From positions 1-55,482 of the forward strand of contig JBFWVI010000019.1 of the NCBI GenBank assembly GCA_050246815.1: a stretch of 55,482 nt of DNA. Direction: 5' to 3'. Shown here one piece after another: positions 9,165 to 18,423 of this stretch. Source of the stretch: Bdellovibrionales bacterium (GTDB lineage: Bacteria; Bdellovibrionota; Bdellovibrionia; Bdellovibrionales; UBA1609). The notes beneath the pieces were generated by a model. It did not search any database. It was given only the letters and a program-made list of their open reading frames with translations, and had not been told where the DNA came from. Every line of letters starts with the position of its first letter. Position 1 is the first letter of the stretch. The position numbers and the translations under genes are program-made.

Positions 9165-10145
9165 TTACTCCTTTTGGCCCTGGGTCACAGCTTGGGTTTT
9201 GCCCAGTGCCGTGACTTGCGCTTCCGTGGCCAACACTTTCATGCGGCGAGGGACGCGGATAGATTCCAATTTGGTCGAGGGATTGATGGCGTAAATAGCA
9301 AACTCGCCACCTTCATACTTTTTCAAGACAGTTTCTTTTAAGTAGCGCGCGGGCAGGGTTGTGGTGTCGAATAAAAAGTGAAACACCCATTTGCCATGAC
9401 CTAAGAATTGCTCTCTTTTATCAGGATTTGGATAGACCGCGCTTGAGGCCGGGAAGGTCTTGGCTTCGGCCGTGAAGTTGCTGCGATCAAAAGTCACCTG
9501 CACATCAGGACGACGTTCTTTTGAACTATTAGGGTCGAGGACTGTCACGGTAAAATCGTAGACTTCGCCGATTTTCACTTCTTTGCGATTGAAACCCACT
9601 TCTATTTTAGGTTGAGCATTGGCAAAGTTGACGCTGAAGGTGACATTTTTAATGCGGTTGCGGCGTTCAATATCAAAGTGAGCGCTCGCGCGACGGCTTG
9701 AATCTTTATCTAGAACGAACTCAATTTGACCATTGAAGGTCTGACGCTGTGAACCTGGGGGAATTGTTCCCAAGGCAGGAGTCCACTTTAAAACCCAGCC
9801 ACCCTTGCCATTTGCTTTCAAGGTTGCACCAGCCGGGAAGTTGTTGTCTTTTAAGCTGACTCTTAGGTCTGGAATAAAAACCTGGGGCTGCACTTGGTAC
9901 GACTGCTCTTTGCCTTCGTAGAATTCGAGTGTTGCATAGTCGTTTTTGCCGTCGATTTGCAGGTCATAAAGCACGCCATCGAATTTTTGGTCGCTGCTTT
10001 TGTACTGCGACGGCGGCACGTCGTTTTGCAATTCTTCAAAATTTTTCATCGGATCCGAATTCCGCTTGAAGGGATCGCTGCAGCCCACGACCGCAAGCAC
10101 TAAACCTGCTGTCATCACTGTTTTAATCCAAGATTGATAGTTCAT
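9165..10145 (-). CDS. Lipoprotein with Ig/cadherin-like beta-sandwich segments, inside the Glt operon
   Basis: GGAAAGGA RBS, lipobox VVGC; FPAGATL..LKWTP and DFTVTVLDP resemble Ig-like repeats. Confidence 0.65.
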   Translation of the reverse strand: MNYQSWIKTVMTAGLVLAVVGCSDPFKRNSDPMKNFEELQNDVPPSQYKSSDQKFDGVLYDLQIDGKNDYATLEFYEGKEQSYQVQPQVFIPDLRVSLKDNNFPAGATLKANGKGGWVLKWTPALGTIPPGSQRQTFNGQIEFVLDKDSSRRASAHFDIERRNRIKNVTFSVNFANAQPKIEVGFNRKEVKIGEVYDFTVTVLDPNSSKERRPDVQVTFDRSNFTAEAKTFPASSAVYPNPDKREQFLGHGKWVFHFLFDTTTLPARYLKETVLKKYEGGEFAIYAINPSTKLESIRVPRRMKVLATEAQVTALGKTQAVTQGQKE

Positions 10146-10162
10146 GACCATATCCTTTCCGG

Positions 10163-11356
10163 TTATCCGGCACGACGTAAGACAAAGGGATAATTCACTT
10201 TTACATTCACGCCACCAACAGGCTGCGGGAATTTCCAATTGCGAAGCTTGCCCAAAATGCAACTTTCAACTTTGGACGAGCGCAAGCTGGATTGATCGAT
10301 GCGCGAAGTGGCCACACGGCCACCGCCATTGATCACAAATGCCACGCCGACCCGGCCATTCAGGGAAGGTTGGACTTGCAGGCCTTTTTCATAGCAATAG
10401 ATGATTTCGCCCAAATGGCGCTGGATCACCGCGGCGATCTGATCTTTATCTAAACCACCTTCGATCAAAGCTTCTTCTTCAAGGGGCAAGAAGTATCCGT
10501 TTGAGCCACCAACCATGGACATTGTTCCATAGCCGGGGCGACCGCCACCTTTGCCTCGGGTGGCATAGCCACCGCTGCCTGTGTGGCCACCAGTGCCCAC
10601 AGCACCCGCGATCAGGCCCTTGCCATGGATGGCGCGTTCAAAACCACCTGCGCCGCCAGCGCCGACATCTTTGAGGCTGGTGCCTAAAGATGAGTTGGTG
10701 GCGTTGATGTTAAAGCCGGCACTGCCTTTTTTACCGTTGGTCATTCCGCCTAATGCACCCAAGGCTCCGACTTTGTTGACATTCACTTGAGTGCGGATAC
10801 GCGAAACTTTTTTAACCGAACGAGTGGTTTGATATTTGGGTTTCACGGTGCGGTTGCTGACTTTGGCTTTGAAGGTGGGGCGAACGATTTTCTTTTCGCT
10901 CATTTTTACGGTTTTTTTGACTTCTGGACGTTCTTGATGGAACACGGTCACCATTTCAGGAATTTCGGGCTCTAAACGACCCATAATGAAGCTTCCGATT
11001 AAAAGCAACAAAGCCAAAATGCCATGACCGATGGCGGTCCATTTTGAAATCGTCTTTAATTCATCCGTATTGTCATTTTTCAGTTCAACTAAGTCCACTG
11101 TTTCATCGATGTGAGAAACCAAACGGATTGTGCCGCGATCGCTTAAGCGCATGGGTTTGTTTTCAAGGTCTTTGCGTAAGCCCTCAGCCAAAACAGTGTA
11201 GGTAAAATCCGTATCCGCCAATTCGTCGATCGAGTTCACAATCTCAACACGATGGGTATCATGGTTCATGTAAGCCACAAGGCGGCTTTCATGCCATGCC
11301 AGGGTACGAACCACCTGGCCGTTTGAATTTTCGATCACTAAGGATGATTTACTCAT
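10163..11356 (-). CDS. gltG: GltG-like (AgmX/PglI C-terminal, TonB-like) protein
   Basis: Single TM, Gly-rich linker, C-terminal GGLDKDQIAAVI..IIYCYEKGL..L.GRV..F.I...G.V..WKFPQP.GG..V.VNYPF. Confidence 0.85.
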   Translation of the reverse strand: MSKSSLVIENSNGQVVRTLAWHESRLVAYMNHDTHRVEIVNSIDELADTDFTYTVLAEGLRKDLENKPMRLSDRGTIRLVSHIDETVDLVELKNDNTDELKTISKWTAIGHGILALLLLIGSFIMGRLEPEIPEMVTVFHQERPEVKKTVKMSEKKIVRPTFKAKVSNRTVKPKYQTTRSVKKVSRIRTQVNVNKVGALGALGGMTNGKKGSAGFNINATNSSLGTSLKDVGAGGAGGFERAIHGKGLIAGAVGTGGHTGSGGYATRGKGGGRPGYGTMSMVGGSNGYFLPLEEEALIEGGLDKDQIAAVIQRHLGEIIYCYEKGLQVQPSLNGRVGVAFVINGGGRVATSRIDQSSLRSSKVESCILGKLRNWKFPQPVGGVNVKVNYPFVLRRAG

Positions 11357-11373
11357 ATACCCATTACTCCCAT

Positions 11374-11613
11374 TTACCTTTGGCTGACCGATTTGCGTAA
11401 ACGATCTTTGAATTCACGGCGAGGTTCGATTAAATCAATTAAAGGCTTTTCGTTTTCGACCGTGGTGACGGCTTCGCCCGCGCTTTGGTACTTGCCACCC
11501 ACTTCTGTGCCGTTAAAACGGATGTCGGTGCGCAATTTTGAGGGGGCCTTCACTTTGGTCGCCGCAGATGCGTAGGGCGCCACCAGGGCGATGATCAAGA
11601 TTAAATTTTTCAT
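11374..11613 (-). CDS. gltF: GltF/CglF-like small secreted protein
   Basis: 79 aa, signal peptide, TDIRFNGTEVGG and LIEPRREFKDRL; located between gltD and gltG. Confidence 0.7.
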   Translation of the reverse strand: MKNLILIIALVAPYASAATKVKAPSKLRTDIRFNGTEVGGKYQSAGEAVTTVENEKPLIDLIEPRREFKDRLRKSVSQR

Positions 11614-14600
11614 TATTGCACTCCTTTGCGCATTTGACTTAAACGCGCATCCAGATAAGCCACCATCGTGACTTGGCCACGTTTTTCGGCCAGGCGTTTC
11701 AATTCAGAAACATGGCCGGTGTCAAATGGGTCTTGTTTCAAGCGAATTTCGGCTTTCGCGACATCTTGAACCGAAGGACGATTTTCACTTGAATTCACGA
11801 TGTTTTCGATGCGTCGTTTGTCTGAATTGTCAGCGACTTTGGCGACTAAGTTCAAATTGTGTTTGATCAAGCTGCGGGTATGCCCTTGGGCACTATGGAA
11901 GGCCGATTCGAATTTGTTTAATGCATGAGAGTTGTTCCAAAAATCACGTGCTTTATCGCCGGCCTGGTCGGCTTTGATTTTAAAGTTCTGGGCCTGGCTC
12001 TTCAAAAGAGTCAAATACTGTTCACGTTGAGCCCCTTTAAGTTTTTTGGGAATCGGTAAACGCAATAGATCCGAATGGAGACGACGATTTTCACGTTCGA
12101 TCGTCATCAAGACAGCCAATTGCCCAAGCCAATCGTTTTGTTTAATTGCGGCACGGCCCAAACGGTCTTGTTTATTCAGCAGCTCAATACGTTTACTTAA
12201 AGAGCGTTGCAAAATAGAATCAGAACCACTGTAGATTTGGTGCCGGGCCAACTGACGATCTGTATTTCGCCACTGAGTCAGTAGCTCACGAGTTTCAAAC
12301 AGCTGGGCCAGACTCGAATGGCGCAAACTCGAATCTTTCAGAGCCCGGCGTGCGGCACCTTCATCACCGGTTTTGGCATAAGCTTCGACCACAAGAGAAG
12401 AGAGCAAGGCTGGTTGTTTGCGCAGCTGCGATTGGTGCTCCTTGATTGCTCGCCAGGGATTTTTTGCCAAACGAACCAAGGTGGCACGAATACCTAAAGC
12501 TTTGTCTTGGCTGTGTGTGGCCTTCAAAGCGATGCGGTATTCACGGTCCGGATTTTGCCCGGCCAGCTCGCTGAGCATCGCCAAACGCAGATGGCGATCA
12601 TCTTTGTTCAGGTGAGGCATATCCATTTGACGAGTAACCTTCAAGGCCGTCTTAAAGTCCAAGCGCAGCTCGGCCACCCAGGCCATACGGCCTAAGGCAA
12701 ACTCGCGGTCTGCGTTTTTCAAGCCTGGTACGCTAAGCAAACCTTGAGCCGCCACATTGACCTGGCTCAAATCTTTCAAACGTTCGCCCAAGGCGATACG
12801 GTTTTTGTAGATAAGAAGCTGGTCTTCGCGGTTTGCTTTTTTCATTTCGATCTTGGCCAGCCGTGCAGATTCGCTTTCCAACGTACCTTGGCTGGAAGAC
12901 TTGTTGTTCAGCGCCGCAGCGGCCATTTGAATGGCGGCTTGACGTTGAACTTTACCGTACTCAGTGGCGCGGTGTGGGTACAAGCTGATCAGTTGTGCAG
13001 TGGTCTCGTAAATCTTTTGATCATTCTTCATGGATGCCAATGTGTCTAAGCTCAGATCTGCGGCCTTGGTGCGCAAAGCACGCTGGTCCGACGCTTTTTC
13101 GGTGGCGATAGACATAAACTGATCAAACGCGGCCTGGCTTTTGCCCATTTCATAAGTGACCTGAGCTTTTTGATAACGCACGTCCAAAGCTTTTGCGCCA
13201 GCGGGGTTCATTTCTAGATAGGTGTTGTATGCATTCAAACGGGTCGTTTTGTCTTTGCTGAGCTCGGCAGCTTCAATGTATTTAAGCAGTGAAGCTTCCA
13301 ACAGTTCCTTATTGGCCTTGTCTTGATTTTTGCGTTCACGGGCGAGCTGTGCGGCTTGGGCGTAAAGCAGGGCCGCGTCTTTTGAATTTTTGGTCTGGTC
13401 GGCCACGGTCGCAGCTTTGAAGAACATTTCAGCGTCTTGCGAGAAAACTTTCAGATAAGTTTTGTAAGCTTCCAGGCAGGCCTGCGAGGGCTGGTCTTTT
13501 TCAGTTTTATTCCAGTTGATCACAAAGTTTTTGAAGCGCTTGCTGAGTTCGTCGCACTTGTCGCCTTTGCAGCCTTTTTTACGCCACAGCTCGGTGGCCT
13601 TGGCATATTCTTCTAGGGCTTGAGTTTTGCGGCCCATATCCCATTGCAGCTGGGCCACGCGGATTTGTTTTTCCACAGAGTCCAAAGGCGTGTTATCGCC
13701 TTCTTCGTCGTAGGCAGCCCAGGCCAAGGTGGCGGAGTACTTTTTGCCCAAACGTTCAAGTTCATTAGCAAGAGCGTACATATTGTCGCGACGTAATTTT
13801 TCAGGAGATAAACTAAGCAGCAAATCGATTTCTTTTTGTCCCACTTCGCCTCGGGCCAAAAAAATCACCAAATCTTTGGTGATGTCGTCGTGAAAAGATT
13901 GATCAAAGACCGAGCCGGCTTGATTTTCGACCGTTAAAAGCTCTGGGGTCTGCAACAGGTGAATCAGGGTGGCGGTGGCTTGTTGCACGCGGCCTTGATT
14001 GAGTTGTGACCAGGCGAGGCGATAAGTTAAAAAGCCGGCGTTTGGGACCTCTTTGTTGCTTAATGCGTAAGCGAAATCTTTCTCAGCGCCGGCATAGTTG
14101 GCTTGGCGAAACTTCAGTTCGCCCAGGTTGCCTCGGGCGTGAGAGGTGGTCGAAAAGTGATATCGCTTTTGATTGCTGGCCCGTTCAAGGGTGCTTGTGG
14201 CGTCTTTAGTTAGGTTGAGCAGGGTTTGTAAGTGGGCCAGCTGAAGCAAGGCTAAACCTTGATTGTCGCGATCCAAAGAATCAATGACTGACTTGTACAG
14301 AGTAACAGCACGCTCGCGGTCTTGTTTTCCGTCGGGGCATGCGCCACAATTGCCTTCATTTTTAGCCAAAACCTGAAGTCGAGCGCGGTCGGCGTAAAGA
14401 TCGGCTAAGCGTAAAGTGATCGAGGTGCGCTCTTTTGAGTTCTTGGACAAGAACTTCAAGGCACCTTCCAATTTACCGATGATCATCGAGTGTGTGGACT
14501 CGTCCATGCGTTCGGCTGTGGCTTGTACAGCCGCGATCATGGCCAATGCCAGCAGGGCCGCTTTCAAGACCTTGAAAGCGGCTATGGGAATCAATAAACT

Positions 14601-14624
14601 GGCATTCAACAAAACGGACTTCAC
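11613..14624 (-). CDS. gltD: GltD (AgmU)-like large TPR protein
   Basis: 1003 aa, signal peptide, LRLADLYADRAR, many TPRs, C-terminal LPIPKKL...Y...L typical of GltD. Confidence 0.75.
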   Translation of the reverse strand: MKSVLLNASLLIPIAAFKVLKAALLALAMIAAVQATAERMDESTHSMIIGKLEGALKFLSKNSKERTSITLRLADLYADRARLQVLAKNEGNCGACPDGKQDRERAVTLYKSVIDSLDRDNQGLALLQLAHLQTLLNLTKDATSTLERASNQKRYHFSTTSHARGNLGELKFRQANYAGAEKDFAYALSNKEVPNAGFLTYRLAWSQLNQGRVQQATATLIHLLQTPELLTVENQAGSVFDQSFHDDITKDLVIFLARGEVGQKEIDLLLSLSPEKLRRDNMYALANELERLGKKYSATLAWAAYDEEGDNTPLDSVEKQIRVAQLQWDMGRKTQALEEYAKATELWRKKGCKGDKCDELSKRFKNFVINWNKTEKDQPSQACLEAYKTYLKVFSQDAEMFFKAATVADQTKNSKDAALLYAQAAQLARERKNQDKANKELLEASLLKYIEAAELSKDKTTRLNAYNTYLEMNPAGAKALDVRYQKAQVTYEMGKSQAAFDQFMSIATEKASDQRALRTKAADLSLDTLASMKNDQKIYETTAQLISLYPHRATEYGKVQRQAAIQMAAAALNNKSSSQGTLESESARLAKIEMKKANREDQLLIYKNRIALGERLKDLSQVNVAAQGLLSVPGLKNADREFALGRMAWVAELRLDFKTALKVTRQMDMPHLNKDDRHLRLAMLSELAGQNPDREYRIALKATHSQDKALGIRATLVRLAKNPWRAIKEHQSQLRKQPALLSSLVVEAYAKTGDEGAARRALKDSSLRHSSLAQLFETRELLTQWRNTDRQLARHQIYSGSDSILQRSLSKRIELLNKQDRLGRAAIKQNDWLGQLAVLMTIERENRRLHSDLLRLPIPKKLKGAQREQYLTLLKSQAQNFKIKADQAGDKARDFWNNSHALNKFESAFHSAQGHTRSLIKHNLNLVAKVADNSDKRRIENIVNSSENRPSVQDVAKAEIRLKQDPFDTGHVSELKRLAEKRGQVTMVAYLDARLSQMRKGVQ

Positions 14625-14668
14625 GCGATTGACCTCGTATGGGGTTCGCTACCGAAGGGTTACTAATG

Positions 14669-14683
14669 GCAAGCCAGATGCCA
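14669..14683 (-). promoter_or_regulatory. sigma54 (-24/-12) promoter of the gltD operon
   Basis: TGGCATCTGGCTTGC on the minus strand, GG-N10-GC, 44 bp upstream of the start codon. Confidence 0.8.
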
Positions 14684-14741
14684 CGGGGAGAGTGGTGATT
14701 TCACGGGTTTGAGCCAATCTGAACGGTAGTTCTTTCGTGGC

Positions 14742-14763
14742 GGTGCCGCAAATTGGCGCTTTT
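14742..14763. promoter_or_regulatory. Putative enhancer-binding-protein site (UAS), copy 1
   Basis: GGTGCCGCAAATTGGCGCTTTT, imperfect palindrome, 20/22 identical to 18424-18445 and at the same offset from the sigma54 box. Confidence 0.65.
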
Positions 14764-14784
14764 AAGCTGCGTTTTAATGAATTC

Positions 14785-15660
14785 CTAAGGTGAGGTGTCG
14801 AACCGCCACCAGCTGTTATAAGGGGTCAATTTGGCTGTGGGAGTGGCTTGCTTCTGCCTTAAAAACTCGTAAATTTTATCGCGCTGGGTGATATCCTCGA
14901 TCATCAAATCAAAACTGCGAAAGCGACCACGCAAACTTCCGATTCCTTTAAGAACTTCGATCTCGAAGCCTTCCACATCCAGTTTCAAAACCACGGCCGT
15001 GTCGGGGCTCAACGTCTTAAGCCACTGCTCAAGGGGTTTGACTAACACCGTGGCCACCTTTTGCAAGTTCGCACTGGGTTTGAAGGTGTGGTCCCCGCCT
15101 CGGATCTTACTGCCATAAAGATCCAGTTGTTCGACTTTTTCTCCCAAAGCCACAGAAAACAATTGCACCTGGGGCAATGTCAAATTGTTCAAACGGTAAT
15201 TGCTCAGCAGCACTTTAAAGTTTTCAGGGTCGGGCTCAAAGGCCCACACATTCACTTGGGGCAAGGTTTTACCCACAGTGATTGTGAAGCGGCCAATGTT
15301 GGCGCCCACATCCAAAAAAGTCACAGGGCCACTTTGTTGATAATCATACAACAGCTTCAGCAAACGCTCCATGTCGGGACGCTCAAATGCGGGCGAGATC
15401 ACCGAAGCATCTTGGCTGCCGATGCGAACCCGAAAAGTGCCTCGCGAGGTGACCACCTGTTCAGCTCCGTGCCAGACCGCCTGTCCTTGACCGCCAATCA
15501 GCAGGTGCCAGGCGTTGGCCAAGGAGTAGCGAAGCTCATAAAACCAAAAGGCCCAGCGTGGTGACAGCACATGGCGAAAAACCAGCAACTTGTCCCGTGC
15601 GTAGCCAAGAGAGAATTTCACTCTTTGTGGTAGGCCCCATGTCGGATTTTGAATTGTCAT
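14785..15660 (-). CDS. FkbM-family SAM methyltransferase
   Basis: FLDVGANIG, WAFEP, LKLDVEGFEIEVLKG. Confidence 0.9.
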   Translation of the reverse strand: MTIQNPTWGLPQRVKFSLGYARDKLLVFRHVLSPRWAFWFYELRYSLANAWHLLIGGQGQAVWHGAEQVVTSRGTFRVRIGSQDASVISPAFERPDMERLLKLLYDYQQSGPVTFLDVGANIGRFTITVGKTLPQVNVWAFEPDPENFKVLLSNYRLNNLTLPQVQLFSVALGEKVEQLDLYGSKIRGGDHTFKPSANLQKVATVLVKPLEQWLKTLSPDTAVVLKLDVEGFEIEVLKGIGSLRGRFRSFDLMIEDITQRDKIYEFLRQKQATPTAKLTPYNSWWRFDTSP

Positions 15661-15726
15661 GTTTTAACGCTACATGGAGTTCAAGTTGGGCGCAAGCCTT
15701 GGTCGCGCGCGGTTTGAGGCGACTTT

Positions 15727-16521
15727 TTAAAAAATGAATCCAATGCGAAAGACATCTGCTTTTTGATTGTAGTTCAAAAGAGTTTCGGCATAGCCGTGAT
15801 AATACTGTGCGTAGAATGACGGGACCACATTCAAACCACCCAAACGAAACGACCAAGACAATTGATAGCCGCCTCGATCGAACCTAGTGCCGAACTTTCC
15901 ACCCGGCAACACTTGCAATGAGACTTCACTCTTGTCGACCCAAGAGTCGAAGAGCTGAATGAAGTTGACTCCAAACGAGAGCGCGCCGATGTAATTTTGA
16001 ATGTCTTTATTGGTTGGATCGAAAGCATAAAGATGTGCGGCTTGCGCCGAAAAACCCGTGACCCAGCGAGAGGATTCGATCTCGAAATGCGCGCGTAAGT
16101 AGGATTTGTTGTAGCTTCGCGAGGCCGTGCCGGCCTTGCCATTGGAATTGTGGCTGTAAATGCCAAAATCCAGATACTTCAACGGAGCAAACCGAGGTGT
16201 TTTGAAGCGATAAAACAATTCTGGATTGTAGGTCAGATCACGAAATGGTCTGGAATCATCGCGCAAAGCCCAAAACATCAATTGAGTGTAACCAAAATAA
16301 AACGGTACCTTTCGGACTAAAGGGGTCTTCAGGCTGATTTGCAGCTTTGAAAGATGGGAGTTGTAGGCGAAATAAAAAGGGAAGTGGCGCTGCAACGAGG
16401 CTTCGTCTTCTTGCTCGAGCTGTTCGCTTTTTCGCTCGCCCGCCGAGTACACTTCTTCAGCGGCCGAAGTTGCCACCGAAGCCAATAAAAGCGAAAAAAG
16501 AGCAAATTGGATTTGTTTCAC
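15727..16521 (-). CDS. pldA: Outer-membrane phospholipase A (OMPLA)
   Basis: KLQISLK, YFGYTQLMFW, SRPFRDLTYNPE, catalytic HNSNG, SRSYN, GYAETLLNYN, terminal Phe. Confidence 0.9.
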   Translation of the reverse strand: MKQIQFALFSLLLASVATSAAEEVYSAGERKSEQLEQEDEASLQRHFPFYFAYNSHLSKLQISLKTPLVRKVPFYFGYTQLMFWALRDDSRPFRDLTYNPELFYRFKTPRFAPLKYLDFGIYSHNSNGKAGTASRSYNKSYLRAHFEIESSRWVTGFSAQAAHLYAFDPTNKDIQNYIGALSFGVNFIQLFDSWVDKSEVSLQVLPGGKFGTRFDRGGYQLSWSFRLGGLNVVPSFYAQYYHGYAETLLNYNQKADVFRIGFIF

Positions 16522-16591
16522 GGACCTGAGCTAATAGAGAAAGGCGCAGAAGACAACGATTTAAAGCGCAAGTTCGTGATAAGTTCCGATT

Positions 16592-17101
16592 TTAGCGACG
16601 CTGATTCTGGCCGTCGCGTTGAACTGCGAACTTGAATTCGCTAAAGCCCACACGTGAGCCAGCCACGATGATCGGATTTAATGTGGCGAAGTCGATGTCT
16701 TGATCTGCGACGATCACCAAAGACTCAGGACTGGTGTTGCCACTGTCTTTGAGTTGCTTGTGCAGGGTGGTCAAAGCGCCGCCCAAATTTTGAATCGAGG
16801 TGACTTTGTCATTGATAAAAATTTGACCGCGGCTAAATTTCACCACCGCCGTTTTGAAAGTGGTTTGTGCTTCTGAAGCCTTCGGTAACACCACGGCCTT
16901 ATCCACTTGGAAATCACTGTTGTCAGCGGCAGAGTTCATCATCAAGAAAATCACCAGAATTGAAAAGGCGTCGACTAAAGAGGTCAACATCAGGGCGCCG
17001 CCAATACCTTTGCGGCCCTTTTTGCTTTGTGGGCGCAGCGTCGATTGGCTGGCAATCGGGGAGTAAAGCACTTTGTTTCTTAAAAATCCTGTTTGCGACA
17101 T
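16592..17101 (-). CDS. ExbD/TolR-family protein (AglS/AglQ-like)
   Basis: LMLTSLVDAFSILVIFLM TM with conserved Asp; LPKA; VIVAD. Confidence 0.9.
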   Translation of the reverse strand: MSQTGFLRNKVLYSPIASQSTLRPQSKKGRKGIGGALMLTSLVDAFSILVIFLMMNSAADNSDFQVDKAVVLPKASEAQTTFKTAVVKFSRGQIFINDKVTSIQNLGGALTTLHKQLKDSGNTSPESLVIVADQDIDFATLNPIIVAGSRVGFSEFKFAVQRDGQNQRR

Positions 17102-17143
17102 AAATCCACCTTAATATGACGATCGCACCTGCCGACCTACGCG

Positions 17144-17611
17144 CTATAACGGCGCGATGCCCACTTGCGCGATATCGCCCTTTTTAACCACATCCATCAC
17201 ACGGATCAAATCCGCGTAGCGCGATTGCGCTGCGGGCATGATCAGGGCCACATTCAATTCAGGATAAGTTTTTTTGACCGTGCCGATGGATTGTTCAAAA
17301 CGAGAAAAATCAGGGCTTGATTTTTTTCCTTGTACCACGAAACGGCTGGCTCGAGAGGACTTTACATTTTTCACATCCACTTCGATCGCGCCATTTTCAA
17401 TCAGCTTTACCCAGACTGAGGGTTGTTCTTTTTTGGAGCTTGCGGCGCCGTCACCGATGGCTTGGCGGACGTTCACGGTGCCCAATTGCATGAACACCGC
17501 TGTGATCAAAAGAAAACAAATGCAGGTCGACAGCACATCGATAAAAGGGACCAAGTTGAGATCGAAATTCATTTTTCGTCGACCTGACTTGCCGTTGCCT
17601 GAGACCACCAT
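17144..17611 (-). CDS. ExbD/TolR-family protein (AglQ/AglS-like)
   Basis: DLNLVPFIDVLSTCICFLLITAV; Y.DLIRVMD. Confidence 0.9.
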   Translation of the reverse strand: MVVSGNGKSGRRKMNFDLNLVPFIDVLSTCICFLLITAVFMQLGTVNVRQAIGDGAASSKKEQPSVWVKLIENGAIEVDVKNVKSSRASRFVVQGKKSSPDFSRFEQSIGTVKKTYPELNVALIMPAAQSRYADLIRVMDVVKKGDIAQVGIAPL

Positions 17612-17646
17612 AAACGCCCCTTACCCTTTAACACTCAATAACAAGG

Positions 17647-18312
17647 TTATTTATTGACCGATTTTTTAACCGGCACGCTCTCGTAATGAAAGCCAAGCAA
17701 GTTAAACAAGCGCAATGCCGATTTGGTCAAATCATCCGAAATGCGAGTCACACGGCTTTGCAGAATCGAATAGATCACCAAAGTGGGGATCGCCACGATC
17801 AAGCCATAGGCGGTTGCATTCATCGCTTCTGAAATGCCCGCAGCCAGCATTGCGGCTTTGGTCGCTTGATCGGCCGACGAAATGGCGGCGAACGAGCGGA
17901 TCATGCCGACGATCGTGCCCAATAGGCCGAGCAGGGTGGCCACGTTACCAAACATGCTCAAGAATTCAATGCGAGTCTCGATGCGGCCTTGTTCGTGATA
18001 AAGAACTTCATCCATTTTGGCCTGAATTTCTTCGCGACCGCCCATGTTGATGGCGGCATTGGTGCCGGCCTCAATTACTTTGCGAAGGGCGGAATCACGC
18101 GGCAGAGCTTCCGCCTTCTTCAGCACTTTAGTCAGGTTGCCGCGTTTGATGTCATCTTCAAAAATGTTCACCAGATCGCGATTGCCGACCGAGCGTTTTA
18201 CGTAAAGCGCCATCACGCGCTCAACAGTGATAATCACAGCGGCCACTTGCACCGCCAAAATCGGGTACATCCAGAATCCGCCTTCAGAAAATGCTTTTAC
18301 GATCAGTTCCAT
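17647..18312 (-). CDS. aglR: MotA/TolQ/ExbB proton channel, AglR-like
   Basis: GGFWMYPI, ATLLGLLGTIVGMIRSF, LAAGISEAMNATAYGLIVAIP; followed by two ExbD genes as in aglRQS. Confidence 0.85.
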   Translation of the reverse strand: MELIVKAFSEGGFWMYPILAVQVAAVIITVERVMALYVKRSVGNRDLVNIFEDDIKRGNLTKVLKKAEALPRDSALRKVIEAGTNAAINMGGREEIQAKMDEVLYHEQGRIETRIEFLSMFGNVATLLGLLGTIVGMIRSFAAISSADQATKAAMLAAGISEAMNATAYGLIVAIPTLVIYSILQSRVTRISDDLTKSALRLFNLLGFHYESVPVKKSVNK

Positions 18313-18350
18313 AAGTTTTAGACCTCCAACACGTCCAAGCCAGCCTTATC

Positions 18351-18365
18351 GCAAGCCAGGTGCCA
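18351..18365 (-). promoter_or_regulatory. sigma54 (-24/-12) promoter of the aglR operon
   Basis: TGGCACCTGGCTTGC on the minus strand, GG-N10-GC, 38 bp upstream of the ATG. Confidence 0.85.
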
Positions 18366-18423
18366 GTGGCCTTTGGCGTTTTAAATCCTGCACAAGGCCT
18401 GGTGCGGGTAAGCGTTTCATGGG

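Noticed and set aside
14785..16591. Mobile element explaining the insertion in the gliding cluster
   Set aside because: No transposase or integrase, terminal inverted repeats or target duplication were found
16592..18312. Ordinary tolQR or exbBD operon
   Set aside because: No adjacent tolA/tolB/pal or TonB-dependent receptor; two ExbD paralogues and a promoter module shared with gltD fit aglRQS better
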